A stretch of DNA of 64,000 bases, taken from Armatimonadota bacterium (lineage in GTDB: Bacteria; Armatimonadota; HRBIN16). A program made the position numbers and the translations under genes. Every line of letters starts with the position of its first letter. Position 1 is the stretch's first letter. Of this stretch, positions 1-8,978 are shown piece after piece. The stretch lies in the NCBI GenBank assembly GCA_963677485.1, contig OY781964.1:640001-704000 (forward strand). The letters are read 5' to 3'. The notes under the pieces were generated by a model. It did not search any database. It was not told where the DNA came from and saw nothing but the letters and a program-made list of their open reading frames with translations.

Positions 1-79
1 ACCCATAGAGACATGGCATAGAGACTCGGTATAGATACAGCGACGGTAGCGGTATAGACGGAAGTAAAGGGGTGGTGAG

Positions 80-529
80 ATGAGTTCGAATAGGGGCAGA
101 AAGCCAGCGGCTAGTGTTGAACTAAGCAGCAACGAGAGCCAACAGAAGCCCGCGGAGAACGCAGCAGGTGGCTCCCCTATCAGCCAGCGTTTACCACCCC
201 CTTCCCATTTAGGGAAGTATGCCAAACAAGAGTGGAGACGCGTTCTGCCAAAACTGGCTGGTGTGGCCACTAATCTTGACTACGCTGCACTCGTTACCTA
301 CTGCTCTGCTTATGACACGATGATCGAAGCAGACATCACTTTGCAGAGGGATGGGATCATTATAAAAACTCTGAATGGTATTGTAGCTCATCCGGCAACA
401 CGCATCAAGGCTTCAGCCGCAGACCAAGTTCGGAGGTATCAGACAGAGTTCGGGCTCACACCGCTCGCGCGTTTGCGTGTGCAGCCCGCCCCACCAGAAG
501 AAGATGACGACCTGGCGAAGATGTGTTGA
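80..529 (+). CDS. terS: Phage terminase small subunit (P27 family)
   Basis: PPSHLG..AKQEW, L..YC.AY, HPA, EFGLTP.AR motifs; overlaps terL start. Confidence 0.92.
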   Translation: MSSNRGRKPAASVELSSNESQQKPAENAAGGSPISQRLPPPSHLGKYAKQEWRRVLPKLAGVATNLDYAALVTYCSAYDTMIEADITLQRDGIIIKTLNGIVAHPATRIKASAADQVRRYQTEFGLTPLARLRVQPAPPEEDDDLAKMC

Positions 530-2271
530 GGCCGTATCTAGAACTCAAGGAAACCAGCCGGTGGAAGTTCGACGAAGCGAAGGCCGACCGGATCTGCCGA
601 TGGATGGAAGGGCTTCGGCTGTGGGAGGGCGAATGGGCAGGTCGAAAGCTGAAGTTGATGGACTGGCAACGGCGGACGGTACGGGACATCTTCGGCTGGG
701 TAGACCGAAATACAGGGATGCGCCGATTCTGGTACGTGATCGTCGTTGTGCCACGCAAGAACGGCAAGACCACATTCAACGCCCCTATCGCCAGCTACAT
801 GCTGATGGCAGATGATGAGCCTGGCGCGCAGGTGTTTTCGGCGGCTGGCGACAAGGAACAAGCGAGTATCGTGTTCAAGTCAACGGTGAATATGCTTGAA
901 GCACAACCATCATTATGGAAAATGATCCGGCCAATTGAGAGTGACCGCACGTTGATCTACCCCAAGAAACACAGCAGCTTCATGGCATTGTCAAAGATTG
1001 CGGAGGCTAAGCTGGGTAAAAACCCGCACTTCGTGGTTTATGATGAACTGCTTGTTGCCAAGAACCGCGAGCTGTATACCGCACTGGAAACAGGCATGGC
1101 CGCCAGGCGTCAGCCCATGATGATGATGCTCACGACAGCAGGGTATGATCGGGCCACGCTGTGCTGGGAGCAGTATGACTATGGAAGGAAGGTACTGACT
1201 GGGGCGATCACGAACGAACGGTGGTATCCCGTGATCTACGAAGCGGAGGAGGATGCAGACTGGACATCTGAAGAGGTTTGGGCGGCGGCCAACCCGAGTT
1301 GGGGGGTGACGATTAACCGCGACTACATGGAACAGGCGTGTCAGAAGGCCATCGATACCCCCAGTAACCAGGCTGATTTCAAGAGATACCACCTCAATAT
1401 CTGGACGAACCAGGTGAACAGATGGCTGGACATGAGCCGTTGGAAGGCGTGCTGCAAAGAACCAATTGAGCCGCTTGATGGCCGGGTATGCTACGGCGGG
1501 CTCGACCTTTCGAGCACGATGGACTTGAGTTCGCTGTGCCTGGTATTTCCGAATACCGATGGTTCGTACGACGTGATCTGGCGGACCTGGACCCCGGAGG
1601 CCACGATGGTCGAACGCTCGCGGAGGGATGATGTGGACTATGCCGAGTGGGCGCGTGCGGGATGGCTTATTCCTACACCGGGCGAGCGTATAGACTACCG
1701 TTATATCCGTGAGGAGATCAAGGATATCGCTGCAAGATACAAGCTTGCGGAACTGGCATATGACCCGTGGGGAGCGCTGCATCTGGCGACGGAGCTTGAG
1801 GAGGAGGACAAGATCACGATGGTTCAGTGCAGGCAGGGATACATCACACTGTCGGCACCATCCAAGGAACTGGAAGCGGCGGTGGTTCTTGGGGCGGCCA
1901 CACCGGAGCAGGTTGAGGAATACCGCATGAAGTTCGAGGAAGATCAGGATCGCCGGGTGCTGGAAGCCCAGTTAGCTCTTGAGCAGATGAAGGAAGACGG
2001 GGTCAATACTAGTGCGATCAAGCCGTATGTGCGGCAGGAATGGAAATACAATGCGCTGCGTCACAACGGCGATCCTGTGGCGGGCTGGTGTGCAAACAAT
2101 GTGGCTGTCATCAAGGATGACGCGGACAACATCAAGCCGACGAAGTCGAAGTCGAACGGCAGGATAGACTGCATCGCCGCGTTGGTGACGGCACTCAGCA
2201 GGGCGATGCTTGGCGGAGGGCAACCGAGACGCAGCGTGTATGAAGACCGCGCGCCGTATGTTCCGGATTGA
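523..2271 (+). CDS. terL: Phage terminase large subunit
   Basis: Walker A VPRKNGKT, Walker B VVYDEL, TTAG coupling motif, GGLDLS nuclease Asp, RID C-terminal motif. Confidence 0.97.
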   Translation: MLRPYLELKETSRWKFDEAKADRICRWMEGLRLWEGEWAGRKLKLMDWQRRTVRDIFGWVDRNTGMRRFWYVIVVVPRKNGKTTFNAPIASYMLMADDEPGAQVFSAAGDKEQASIVFKSTVNMLEAQPSLWKMIRPIESDRTLIYPKKHSSFMALSKIAEAKLGKNPHFVVYDELLVAKNRELYTALETGMAARRQPMMMMLTTAGYDRATLCWEQYDYGRKVLTGAITNERWYPVIYEAEEDADWTSEEVWAAANPSWGVTINRDYMEQACQKAIDTPSNQADFKRYHLNIWTNQVNRWLDMSRWKACCKEPIEPLDGRVCYGGLDLSSTMDLSSLCLVFPNTDGSYDVIWRTWTPEATMVERSRRDDVDYAEWARAGWLIPTPGERIDYRYIREEIKDIAARYKLAELAYDPWGALHLATELEEEDKITMVQCRQGYITLSAPSKELEAAVVLGAATPEQVEEYRMKFEEDQDRRVLEAQLALEQMKEDGVNTSAIKPYVRQEWKYNALRHNGDPVAGWCANNVAVIKDDADNIKPTKSKSNGRIDCIAALVTALSRAMLGGGQPRRSVYEDRAPYVPD

Positions 2272-2351
2272 TCCGATTTGTTAGGAGTAGGTAGTAATAT
2301 TCCCGCATTGACAGATATAGATATTGGAGGTAGATTACTGATGTCACCACT

Positions 2352-3314
2352 ATGATGCTCATGGAGGGCATACTAATGCGGAATAAATTGTGTACCGTTG
2401 TATATGGGCTCTTGTTATGCAGTAGCTTAGCAATCGCAGACGATGTGTCGAAAACAACCATCGTTACCAAGGTGAACGCCAAGGATGGCGCTGAGATGGT
2501 ACTCATTCCAGCTGGTGAATTCCAGATGGGGATGTCCGAGGATGAAGTTGCAGCGTGGTTAAGAGACAATCCAGATTCAAACATCAAACGTACCGCGTTT
2601 GCACCTCAGATGCCAAAGCATAAAGTCAATGTAGATAGTTTTTATATGTATAGAACTGAGGTTACTGTCGCGCAGTATCGGAAGTTTTGTGAAGCCACGA
2701 ATCGGGCTATGCCGAAAGATCCGGATGATTGGAAATGGAAAGATGCCGGTCTGAATGTTCCTATCTCCAATGTTCGATGGGATGACGCGAAAGCCTATGC
2801 GGACTGGGCTGGTGTCATGCTTCCTACAGAGGCGCAATGGGAAAGAGCTGCACGTGGCGGGGATGATCGGCAATATTCATGGGGAAATACATGGCCACCA
2901 CCAGCCAAAGCGGGTAATCTGAGAGACCTTTCTCTACGCCACGTGATACCGAATTTAGAAGGTATTGTCACGGAAAAATATGATGATCGTTATGCGTATT
3001 TAGCACCTGTAGGGTCATTCAACGCGAACCCGTATGGCTTGTATGATATGACAGGCAATGTGTTGGAGTGGTGTGCAGACTGGTATAGTCCGAACTACTA
3101 CAGTAAGTCACCGACACGAAACCCGACTGGTCCCTCAAAACCCGATGACGATCGTAACTGCGTAATACGTGGAGGTAGCTATTACACAGTCCAATTCGGT
3201 ATCCGTGTATATGACAGAGACTTTGTTCCCAAAGATGGTGTAGGGTGGTCTCCAGCAGCACACGAAGATTTAGGATTCCGATGTGTGATGCCGGTGCCCC
3301 CCAAAAAGCTGTAA
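2352..3314 (+). CDS. Secreted formylglycine-generating-enzyme (SUMF1/CLec-fold) domain protein; moron; start probably 2376
   Basis: Signal peptide; MVLIPAGEFQMG, LPTEAQWERAARGG, NPYGLYDMTGNVLEWCADWY, RGGSY, GFRC; the FGE catalytic Cys pair is absent. Confidence 0.9.
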   Translation: MMLMEGILMRNKLCTVVYGLLLCSSLAIADDVSKTTIVTKVNAKDGAEMVLIPAGEFQMGMSEDEVAAWLRDNPDSNIKRTAFAPQMPKHKVNVDSFYMYRTEVTVAQYRKFCEATNRAMPKDPDDWKWKDAGLNVPISNVRWDDAKAYADWAGVMLPTEAQWERAARGGDDRQYSWGNTWPPPAKAGNLRDLSLRHVIPNLEGIVTEKYDDRYAYLAPVGSFNANPYGLYDMTGNVLEWCADWYSPNYYSKSPTRNPTGPSKPDDDRNCVIRGGSYYTVQFGIRVYDRDFVPKDGVGWSPAAHEDLGFRCVMPVPPKKL

Positions 3315-3354
3315 CAGCCCTCGTACTCCGACTGACATCCTCGGTCCACTGGAA

Positions 3355-3392
3355 CTGAACACAGCCTACTCCCTGCGGGTAGGCTGTTCATC
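3355..3392 (+). terminator. Hairpin after the FGE gene, putative terminator
   Basis: acagcctac-N9-gtaggctgt stem; weak U-tract. Confidence 0.45.
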
Positions 3393-3449
3393 ATTGGCTA
3401 GCGTTGAATTTACCAGGCTCATTCAAGTTACCAATCGAACCTTACGTCC

Positions 3450-3605
3450 GACCAGAACGACAACATCATGTATACGAAGGGCAAGAGCAACGGTCGCATC
3501 GACCTGATTTCGTCGCTTGTGATGGCGTTATGGCGGGCGATTGCGCACCGCGAGCCGAAGAAGCGCAGCGTGTATGAGACGCGTGCGCCGTATGTGCCGG
3601 ATTGA
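3450..3605 (+). pseudogene. Orphan diverged copy of the terL 3' end (51 codons + stop)
   Basis: DQNDNIMYTKGKSNGRIDLISSLVMALWRA...RSVYETRAPYVPD* aligns without gaps to terL 2116..2271, 32/51 aa identical by hand count. Confidence 0.93.
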
Positions 3606-3608
3606 GGT

Positions 3609-3833
3609 CTACGGGTCGTAGCCCTTATTTATATGTTTCATGATGAAGGTGTAGAGGCCCTTTCCGGATACCGCAAGAGCTTTCATGAATGCAACATTAC
3701 TCTGCCCTACTGACTCGTTCGTATATGTAAACCGGTGGCCATCGACAAACAAAACCTCGATACAGTCGGGGGTTATACCATACCACTCCACACGCGAAGT
3801 GCCCCGGCGGTTCGCGTATTTTTTCATATCCAT
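3609..3833 (-). CDS. KTSC-like small protein; moron
   Basis: S.V..Y......IEVLF.DG..FTY......M...A.SG.GL..FI pattern. Confidence 0.65.
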   Translation of the reverse strand: MDMKKYANRRGTSRVEWYGITPDCIEVLFVDGHRFTYTNESVGQSNVAFMKALAVSGKGLYTFIMKHINKGYDP

Positions 3834-4003
3834 ATCTATCTCCGAAAAAGGAATATACTCTACTTGACTTATGGTTAATTACCTATGGTTGGGAATCCTT
3901 CTTTTCGCTAGTAATCAAGCGATAGACTATGGTGTGTTGATATCTGTGAGAAAAGAAGGTATAAATAGGACAGTCTGATTACAATTGTATGTAATCGCTC
4001 TAT

Positions 4004-7000
4004 TTGCGACAAGGAATTAGCGATGGTTTCCGAACATCATCTGTATCGGGAACCCGAAGTAGTGACATAGTAGCTGGTGATCGCCATAGGGACAATATAC
4101 CCTACCAATCGCTCGGTCTAAAAGCTGTTATCGCAAGAAACGAGATGTTACTGATGAACGAAAACCCGAGTTCCGGTATACCCTCACAGCAAGCAGCCAC
4201 CTATCAATTAGGCGATCTAGTTCCTGCAGTTTTAAGCATGTTGAAGGAGTTGTTGAAAACATCAGAAATACAGCAACTCTTTGATGCTTTCTACAATCTA
4301 GTTGATATCCCTATTGCAGTCCTCGATATACATGGTGATGTTTTACTCTCATCAAAATGGAACCGCATCTGCACACAGTTCCACCGTACCCATCCTGTCA
4401 CTTGTGCGCATTGCGTAGAAAGTGACACAATGCTCGCTCAGCAGATTGATATTGGGCAGCCATACAAAATCTACCAATGTCTAAACGGTATGACAGAATG
4501 CTCGGCTCCAATCATTCTAGAAGGCCAGCACATCGCAAATCTGTTCGCAGGTCAGTTTTTGGTTAACAAACCAGACGAAATCATGTTCCACGATCAAGCC
4601 CTGCAGTATGGTTTTGATGTTGACGACTATCTCACCGCACTTCGCGAAGTACCGATAGTCGATGAAACCAGGATGCCAAAAATCATCGATTTATTAATCA
4701 AGATGACCCATGTGATTGCCCGTCTCAGTGTTGACCGTATACGTACCATGGAGGACCATAACAGGCAGGCACTTATTCTTGAAACTTTACCACTATCAGT
4801 ATTCTGGAAAGATGCTGATGGCACATATCTTGGTTGTAACACCCGATTTGCTACTGCTGTGGGTTTATCAACGCCCGATGAGATTGCGGGTAAGTCCGAT
4901 TATGATTTTGTTTCTGTATCGAGGGCTGATGGATTTCGGAAAGAAGACCAAGACATCATTGCTTCACATCAGCCAAAGCGTACGGTCCAGTCAGTCACGA
5001 AAAAAGATGGCTCACACATCACGGTCCAGATTGTTAAGACACCCATAGTCGGTGCTTTTGGATCATCAACGGGTGTGCTTGGGATATATGAGGACATCAC
5101 TAAACGTAAGGAAGCTGAAGACGCGTTACGTCAGAGTTATTCGCATTACCAGGCTGTGTTCAATAACGCGATTGAAGGTATATATGAAGCCACTATACAA
5201 GGCCAAGCATTGTCTGCAAACCCAGCGTTCGTACAGATGCTGGGGTATGATTCGGTAGAGGATGCACTCAGCAAGCTAGATGATGTTGCTTTGACGCTGT
5301 GGGCGGACCCTAACGAACGCGCGGTTGTGCTAAAACTGGTAGACATGAATGGATGGGTACGTGGATATGAATGTCAGTATCGGCGTAAGGACGGACGGCT
5401 GATATATATAGCACTCAATGCTACCGTCGTCAGAGTATCAGATGGTGAGGACTATTACCTTGCTTCTATCCAGGACATCACCGAAAGGAAGGAAGCTGAA
5501 GCCAAGTTGCGTCACAGCTATGTTCATTACCGGACGGTGTTCGAAAACGCGATTGAGGGTATCTATGAAGCTACATTACATGGTAAGGCATTATCAGCCA
5601 ACCCGGCATTTGTCGAAATGCTTGGGTATGATTCAGAAGAGGAAGTAGTCAGCATCCTTACAGACATCCCCCATCAGCTATGGGCCGATCCTGACGAACG
5701 CAGCAATGTTCTACACATGATCGATTTAAACGGATGTGTTAGGGGATACGAATGTGAATTCAAGCGTAGAGATGGAAGTATCATCCATGTGATGCTCAAT
5801 GCTACAGTCGTCCGAAGACCCGACCACAATGACTATTATTTAGCCTCTGTCCAAGATATCAGTGAAAAAAAACAAGCCGAGGTTAAGCGGCTTCAACTTG
5901 AAGACCAACTGCGATCGTCTCAGAAGTTGGAAGCCATTGGTAGACTCGCTGGAGGTGTCGCACATGACTTCAACAACCTTCTGTCAGTAATCTTAGGATA
6001 TACAGGCCTTACGATCGCCATGGTGGATGATGACGATCCGCTTAAAGAGAATATACAGGAAATCCAAAACGCCGCACAACACGCTGCGGCACTAACCCGT
6101 CAGCTTCTGGCCTTCGGCCGTAAACAGGTGCTGCAACCGGTGGTATTCGATCTGAATCAAATCATACATGGCATAAAGACTATATTCGATCGAACCATAG
6201 GTGAAACCATCGACCAGAAACTATTGTTATCGCCTCAAATCGGGTTGATCAAAGCTGACCCAAGCCAAATCGAGCAGGTGTTGATGAACTTGGTAGTCAA
6301 TGCTCGTGACGCCATGCCAGATGGTGGACAGATCACCATAGAGACATCGAAAATGGCGGTTACAGGTGACGAGATTGTGGTTGACACGGTACTCAGTCCT
6401 GGTATGTATGTAAAACTAGCCGTCAGTGACACGGGTATGGGCATGGACGCAAATACCAAAGCGAGGATATTCGATCCGTTTTATACAACCAAGGAATTTG
6501 GCAAGGGAACTGGCCTTGGCCTGTCCACAGTCTACGGTATCGTTAAACAAAGTGGAGGTGATATCTGGGTGGATTCCGAACCCGGGTATGGCTCCACTTT
6601 TAACGTCATCTTTCCATGTTTCAATGCAGTGAAGCCCGCAAGCATGAACCAGCCTCAGATATCTTTGATGGATACTACTGGGACTGAGACCATCATGGTG
6701 GTTGACAACGAAGAGTCACTACGTTTAGTCGCTACTAAAGTTTTGACTGATGCAGGATACACCGTGCTTTGTGCTGTAGGTGGTAACGAGGCGATAGATA
6801 TGGCAAGAAAGCATTCTGGCGATATCGATCTGCTTCTAGCCGATGTCATAATGCCTGGAATGGACGGCAGAGCCACCGCCAATGAGCTCATTCGAATTTG
6901 CCCATCAATAAAGGTGGTATTTATGTCAGGCCACACCCGCGATGAGATTGAACACCATGGTGTCATTTATGGAGATACGAACTATTTGGCCAAGCCTTTT

Positions 7001-7060
7001 TCAGCTGATGAACTGAAGGTCAAAATCCGTGAGATACTATCATTCCGACATCCTAGTTAA
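4004..7060 (+). CDS. Hybrid sensor histidine kinase (PocR sensor, 3 PAS, HisKA, HATPase, receiver); start probably ~4145; moron
   Basis: PocR motifs ICTQFHR..C.ESD and Y.C.NG...APII; duplicated PAS; AGGVAHDFNNLL, NARDAM, GKGTGLGL; receiver LLLADVIMPG..KPF. Confidence 0.95.
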   Translation: MRQGISDGFRTSSVSGTRSSDIVAGDRHRDNIPYQSLGLKAVIARNEMLLMNENPSSGIPSQQAATYQLGDLVPAVLSMLKELLKTSEIQQLFDAFYNLVDIPIAVLDIHGDVLLSSKWNRICTQFHRTHPVTCAHCVESDTMLAQQIDIGQPYKIYQCLNGMTECSAPIILEGQHIANLFAGQFLVNKPDEIMFHDQALQYGFDVDDYLTALREVPIVDETRMPKIIDLLIKMTHVIARLSVDRIRTMEDHNRQALILETLPLSVFWKDADGTYLGCNTRFATAVGLSTPDEIAGKSDYDFVSVSRADGFRKEDQDIIASHQPKRTVQSVTKKDGSHITVQIVKTPIVGAFGSSTGVLGIYEDITKRKEAEDALRQSYSHYQAVFNNAIEGIYEATIQGQALSANPAFVQMLGYDSVEDALSKLDDVALTLWADPNERAVVLKLVDMNGWVRGYECQYRRKDGRLIYIALNATVVRVSDGEDYYLASIQDITERKEAEAKLRHSYVHYRTVFENAIEGIYEATLHGKALSANPAFVEMLGYDSEEEVVSILTDIPHQLWADPDERSNVLHMIDLNGCVRGYECEFKRRDGSIIHVMLNATVVRRPDHNDYYLASVQDISEKKQAEVKRLQLEDQLRSSQKLEAIGRLAGGVAHDFNNLLSVILGYTGLTIAMVDDDDPLKENIQEIQNAAQHAAALTRQLLAFGRKQVLQPVVFDLNQIIHGIKTIFDRTIGETIDQKLLLSPQIGLIKADPSQIEQVLMNLVVNARDAMPDGGQITIETSKMAVTGDEIVVDTVLSPGMYVKLAVSDTGMGMDANTKARIFDPFYTTKEFGKGTGLGLSTVYGIVKQSGGDIWVDSEPGYGSTFNVIFPCFNAVKPASMNQPQISLMDTTGTETIMVVDNEESLRLVATKVLTDAGYTVLCAVGGNEAIDMARKHSGDIDLLLADVIMPGMDGRATANELIRICPSIKVVFMSGHTRDEIEHHGVIYGDTNYLAKPFSADELKVKIREILSFRHPS

Positions 7061-7095
7061 CGCATTCTGACCTATATAGCCATCCTCGTTTGACG

Positions 7096-7141
7096 AAATG
7101 GGAAGTGGGGGCTGTCAACTGACAGCTCCCACTTCCCATTT
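7096..7141. terminator. Long near-perfect hairpin between kinase and portal genes
   Basis: aaatgggaagtgggggctgtca-ac-tgacagctcccacttcccattt, 22-nt arms with one G-T pair. Confidence 0.6.
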
Positions 7142-7173
7142 TAGATTGTTTGCCCCCTAGTATATGGAGGGCT

Positions 7174-8373
7174 GTGAATTTGAGATGGCCGTGGCAGCGC
7201 AAGGAAAAGAGAATTGCTGATCCGTGGGTGATCGGCGGGGTCGACAAGTATGGTCGGCCGACGAATGCGGCGATACAGATCGCTGCATTGCATCGGTGCG
7301 TGGCGGTGATCAGCGAGAGCATCGCGACGCTGCCGATCCATGTATACCAGATGACCAAAGATGGCAGAGTGCCGAAGCCAAGCCACCCCCTTCAATCCCT
7401 CCTGTATTCTACGCCGAACCGGCGGATGATCCCGTGCGTATTCTGGCAGTCGGTGGTCGAGAACACCGTGCTGCTGGGCAACGGGTATGTGGAGATCGCA
7501 CGCGATGAGAACACCCGGCCGGTGGAGTTGTGGCCGTTGTGCCCTGCCGAGGTTTACGCCGACGCCGAGTTGGACGGCACCCCGAACTACACCGTGACGC
7601 GGGCGGGCACGGCGCATAAACTGGCAGACAGCGATGTGATGCACATCCCCGGCCAGGGCTATGACGGTCTGCGCGGGAGCTCGCTGCTGGAGAGGTTCCG
7701 GACGGTGTTCGGGATCACCATCTCGGCGGACACACTGGCTGAGAGTTACTTTCGGCAGGGGGCCAAGCCGTCTGGGGTGTTGAGCACTCCCGACGAGATG
7801 AGTGAAGACGCCGAGAAGAACCTGATCGACGCGTGGCGACGGCTGTATGAGGGGGCCTCGAACGCTGGGCGGATCATGCTGCTTCAGCAGGGGGTGAAGT
7901 TCGATGCGCTGTCAATCAGCTTCGCGGACAGCGAGTTTCTGAAGAACCGGGAGTTTCAAGTGGCGGAGGTCTGCCGCGTGTTCGGTGTTCCGATGCATAT
8001 GGTCATGGCACCCGGAGGGACATATGCCAGCGACGAGGCGCGGGCTAGGGAGTTCTACTCGTTGACGTTGCAGCCCTGGATTGTGCGGCTGGAGCAATCG
8101 ATCAGCCGGAGCCTGTTGACGCCATGGGAGCGTGGGCGGATATTCGTGAAGTTTGAAGTCGACGGCCTTTTACGAGGCGACTTGGACAAGCGATATGCAT
8201 CATACGCCATCGCCAAGCAGAACGGCTGGCTATGTGTGAATGAGATACGACGGTATGAGGATTTGCCCCCGATAGAGGGTGGCGATGAATACTACGTGCC
8301 GCTCAATATGGTGCCGATCGGCCAGGCTGCGGATCAGGTGGGCAACGGCGAGCCGGGGAGTGTGAGGAAGTGA
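7174..8373 (+). CDS. Phage portal protein (HK97 family)
   Basis: CVAVISESIATLP, GNGYVEI, EVCRVFGVP, NEIR..EDLPPIEGGD; GTG start after ggagg. Confidence 0.96.
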   Translation: MNLRWPWQRKEKRIADPWVIGGVDKYGRPTNAAIQIAALHRCVAVISESIATLPIHVYQMTKDGRVPKPSHPLQSLLYSTPNRRMIPCVFWQSVVENTVLLGNGYVEIARDENTRPVELWPLCPAEVYADAELDGTPNYTVTRAGTAHKLADSDVMHIPGQGYDGLRGSSLLERFRTVFGITISADTLAESYFRQGAKPSGVLSTPDEMSEDAEKNLIDAWRRLYEGASNAGRIMLLQQGVKFDALSISFADSEFLKNREFQVAEVCRVFGVPMHMVMAPGGTYASDEARAREFYSLTLQPWIVRLEQSISRSLLTPWERGRIFVKFEVDGLLRGDLDKRYASYAIAKQNGWLCVNEIRRYEDLPPIEGGDEYYVPLNMVPIGQAADQVGNGEPGSVRK

Positions 8374-8978
8374 GCGACAACCTACAGTTTCGGTGGATGC
8401 AGCACAACGCGGAGCTGCGAATGTCTGGCGAGGAGAGCCGCACTATCAACGGGTATGCGGCGGTGTTCAACTCGGAGACGATGATTTTCAGAGACACCTA
8501 TGAGGTGATCCGTCCGGAGGCGTTCCGGACCACCAACATGGATAAAGTGGTGTGCCTGTTCAACCACAGCTATGACCAGATGGTGGCGAGTGTGGCGGGC
8601 GGCACGCTGCGGCTGTCGACAGATGACCACGGTCTGCGGTTTGAGGCCGATGTGGCCCGCACGATGATAGGCGACCAGGTGATTGAGCTGGTGCGACGGG
8701 GTGACCTGCAGGGCTGCAGCTTCGCGTTCTGGGTGACGAAGGATGCCTGGACGGACCGCGGGGACGGGGTGATGCTGCGGGAGCTGCTAGATATCCGGGA
8801 GATCGATGACGTTGGTCCGGTGGTGCGACCGGCGTATGTAGCCACAAGTGTGGCTATGAGGAGCTATTACGAAGCTCGGTGCAAGCGACCAGAGGGTAAA
8901 CCTGCTGAGGAAGTGAATGCGCAGCCTACCCTGAACAACGACTGGATGATGCTGAAGAAGCTAATGGAGGGACGATGA
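8370..8978 (+). CDS. Prohead protease (HK97 family)
   Basis: GYAAVFNS, LFNH, D.HGLRFEA, RGDLQGCSFAF, PAY. Confidence 0.95.
   Translation: MSDNLQFRWMQHNAELRMSGEESRTINGYAAVFNSETMIFRDTYEVIRPEAFRTTNMDKVVCLFNHSYDQMVASVAGGTLRLSTDDHGLRFEADVARTMIGDQVIELVRRGDLQGCSFAFWVTKDAWTDRGDGVMLRELLDIREIDDVGPVVRPAYVATSVAMRSYYEARCKRPEGKPAEEVNAQPTLNNDWMMLKKLMEGR

Noticed and set aside
1890-2056. Intein in terL
   Set aside because: No N-terminal Cys/Ser block or His-Asn-Cys/Ser/Thr junction; the HN here is the native LRHNG motif.
3160-3605. Diversity-generating retroelement at the FGE gene
   Set aside because: No reverse transcriptase or adenine-variant template repeat is in the window; the nearby repeat is a terL copy with changes at all bases.
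2272-7141. Integron attC sites around the morons
   Set aside because: TAAC/GTT occurrences near stops do not form complementary R boxes with L boxes, and there is no IntI.
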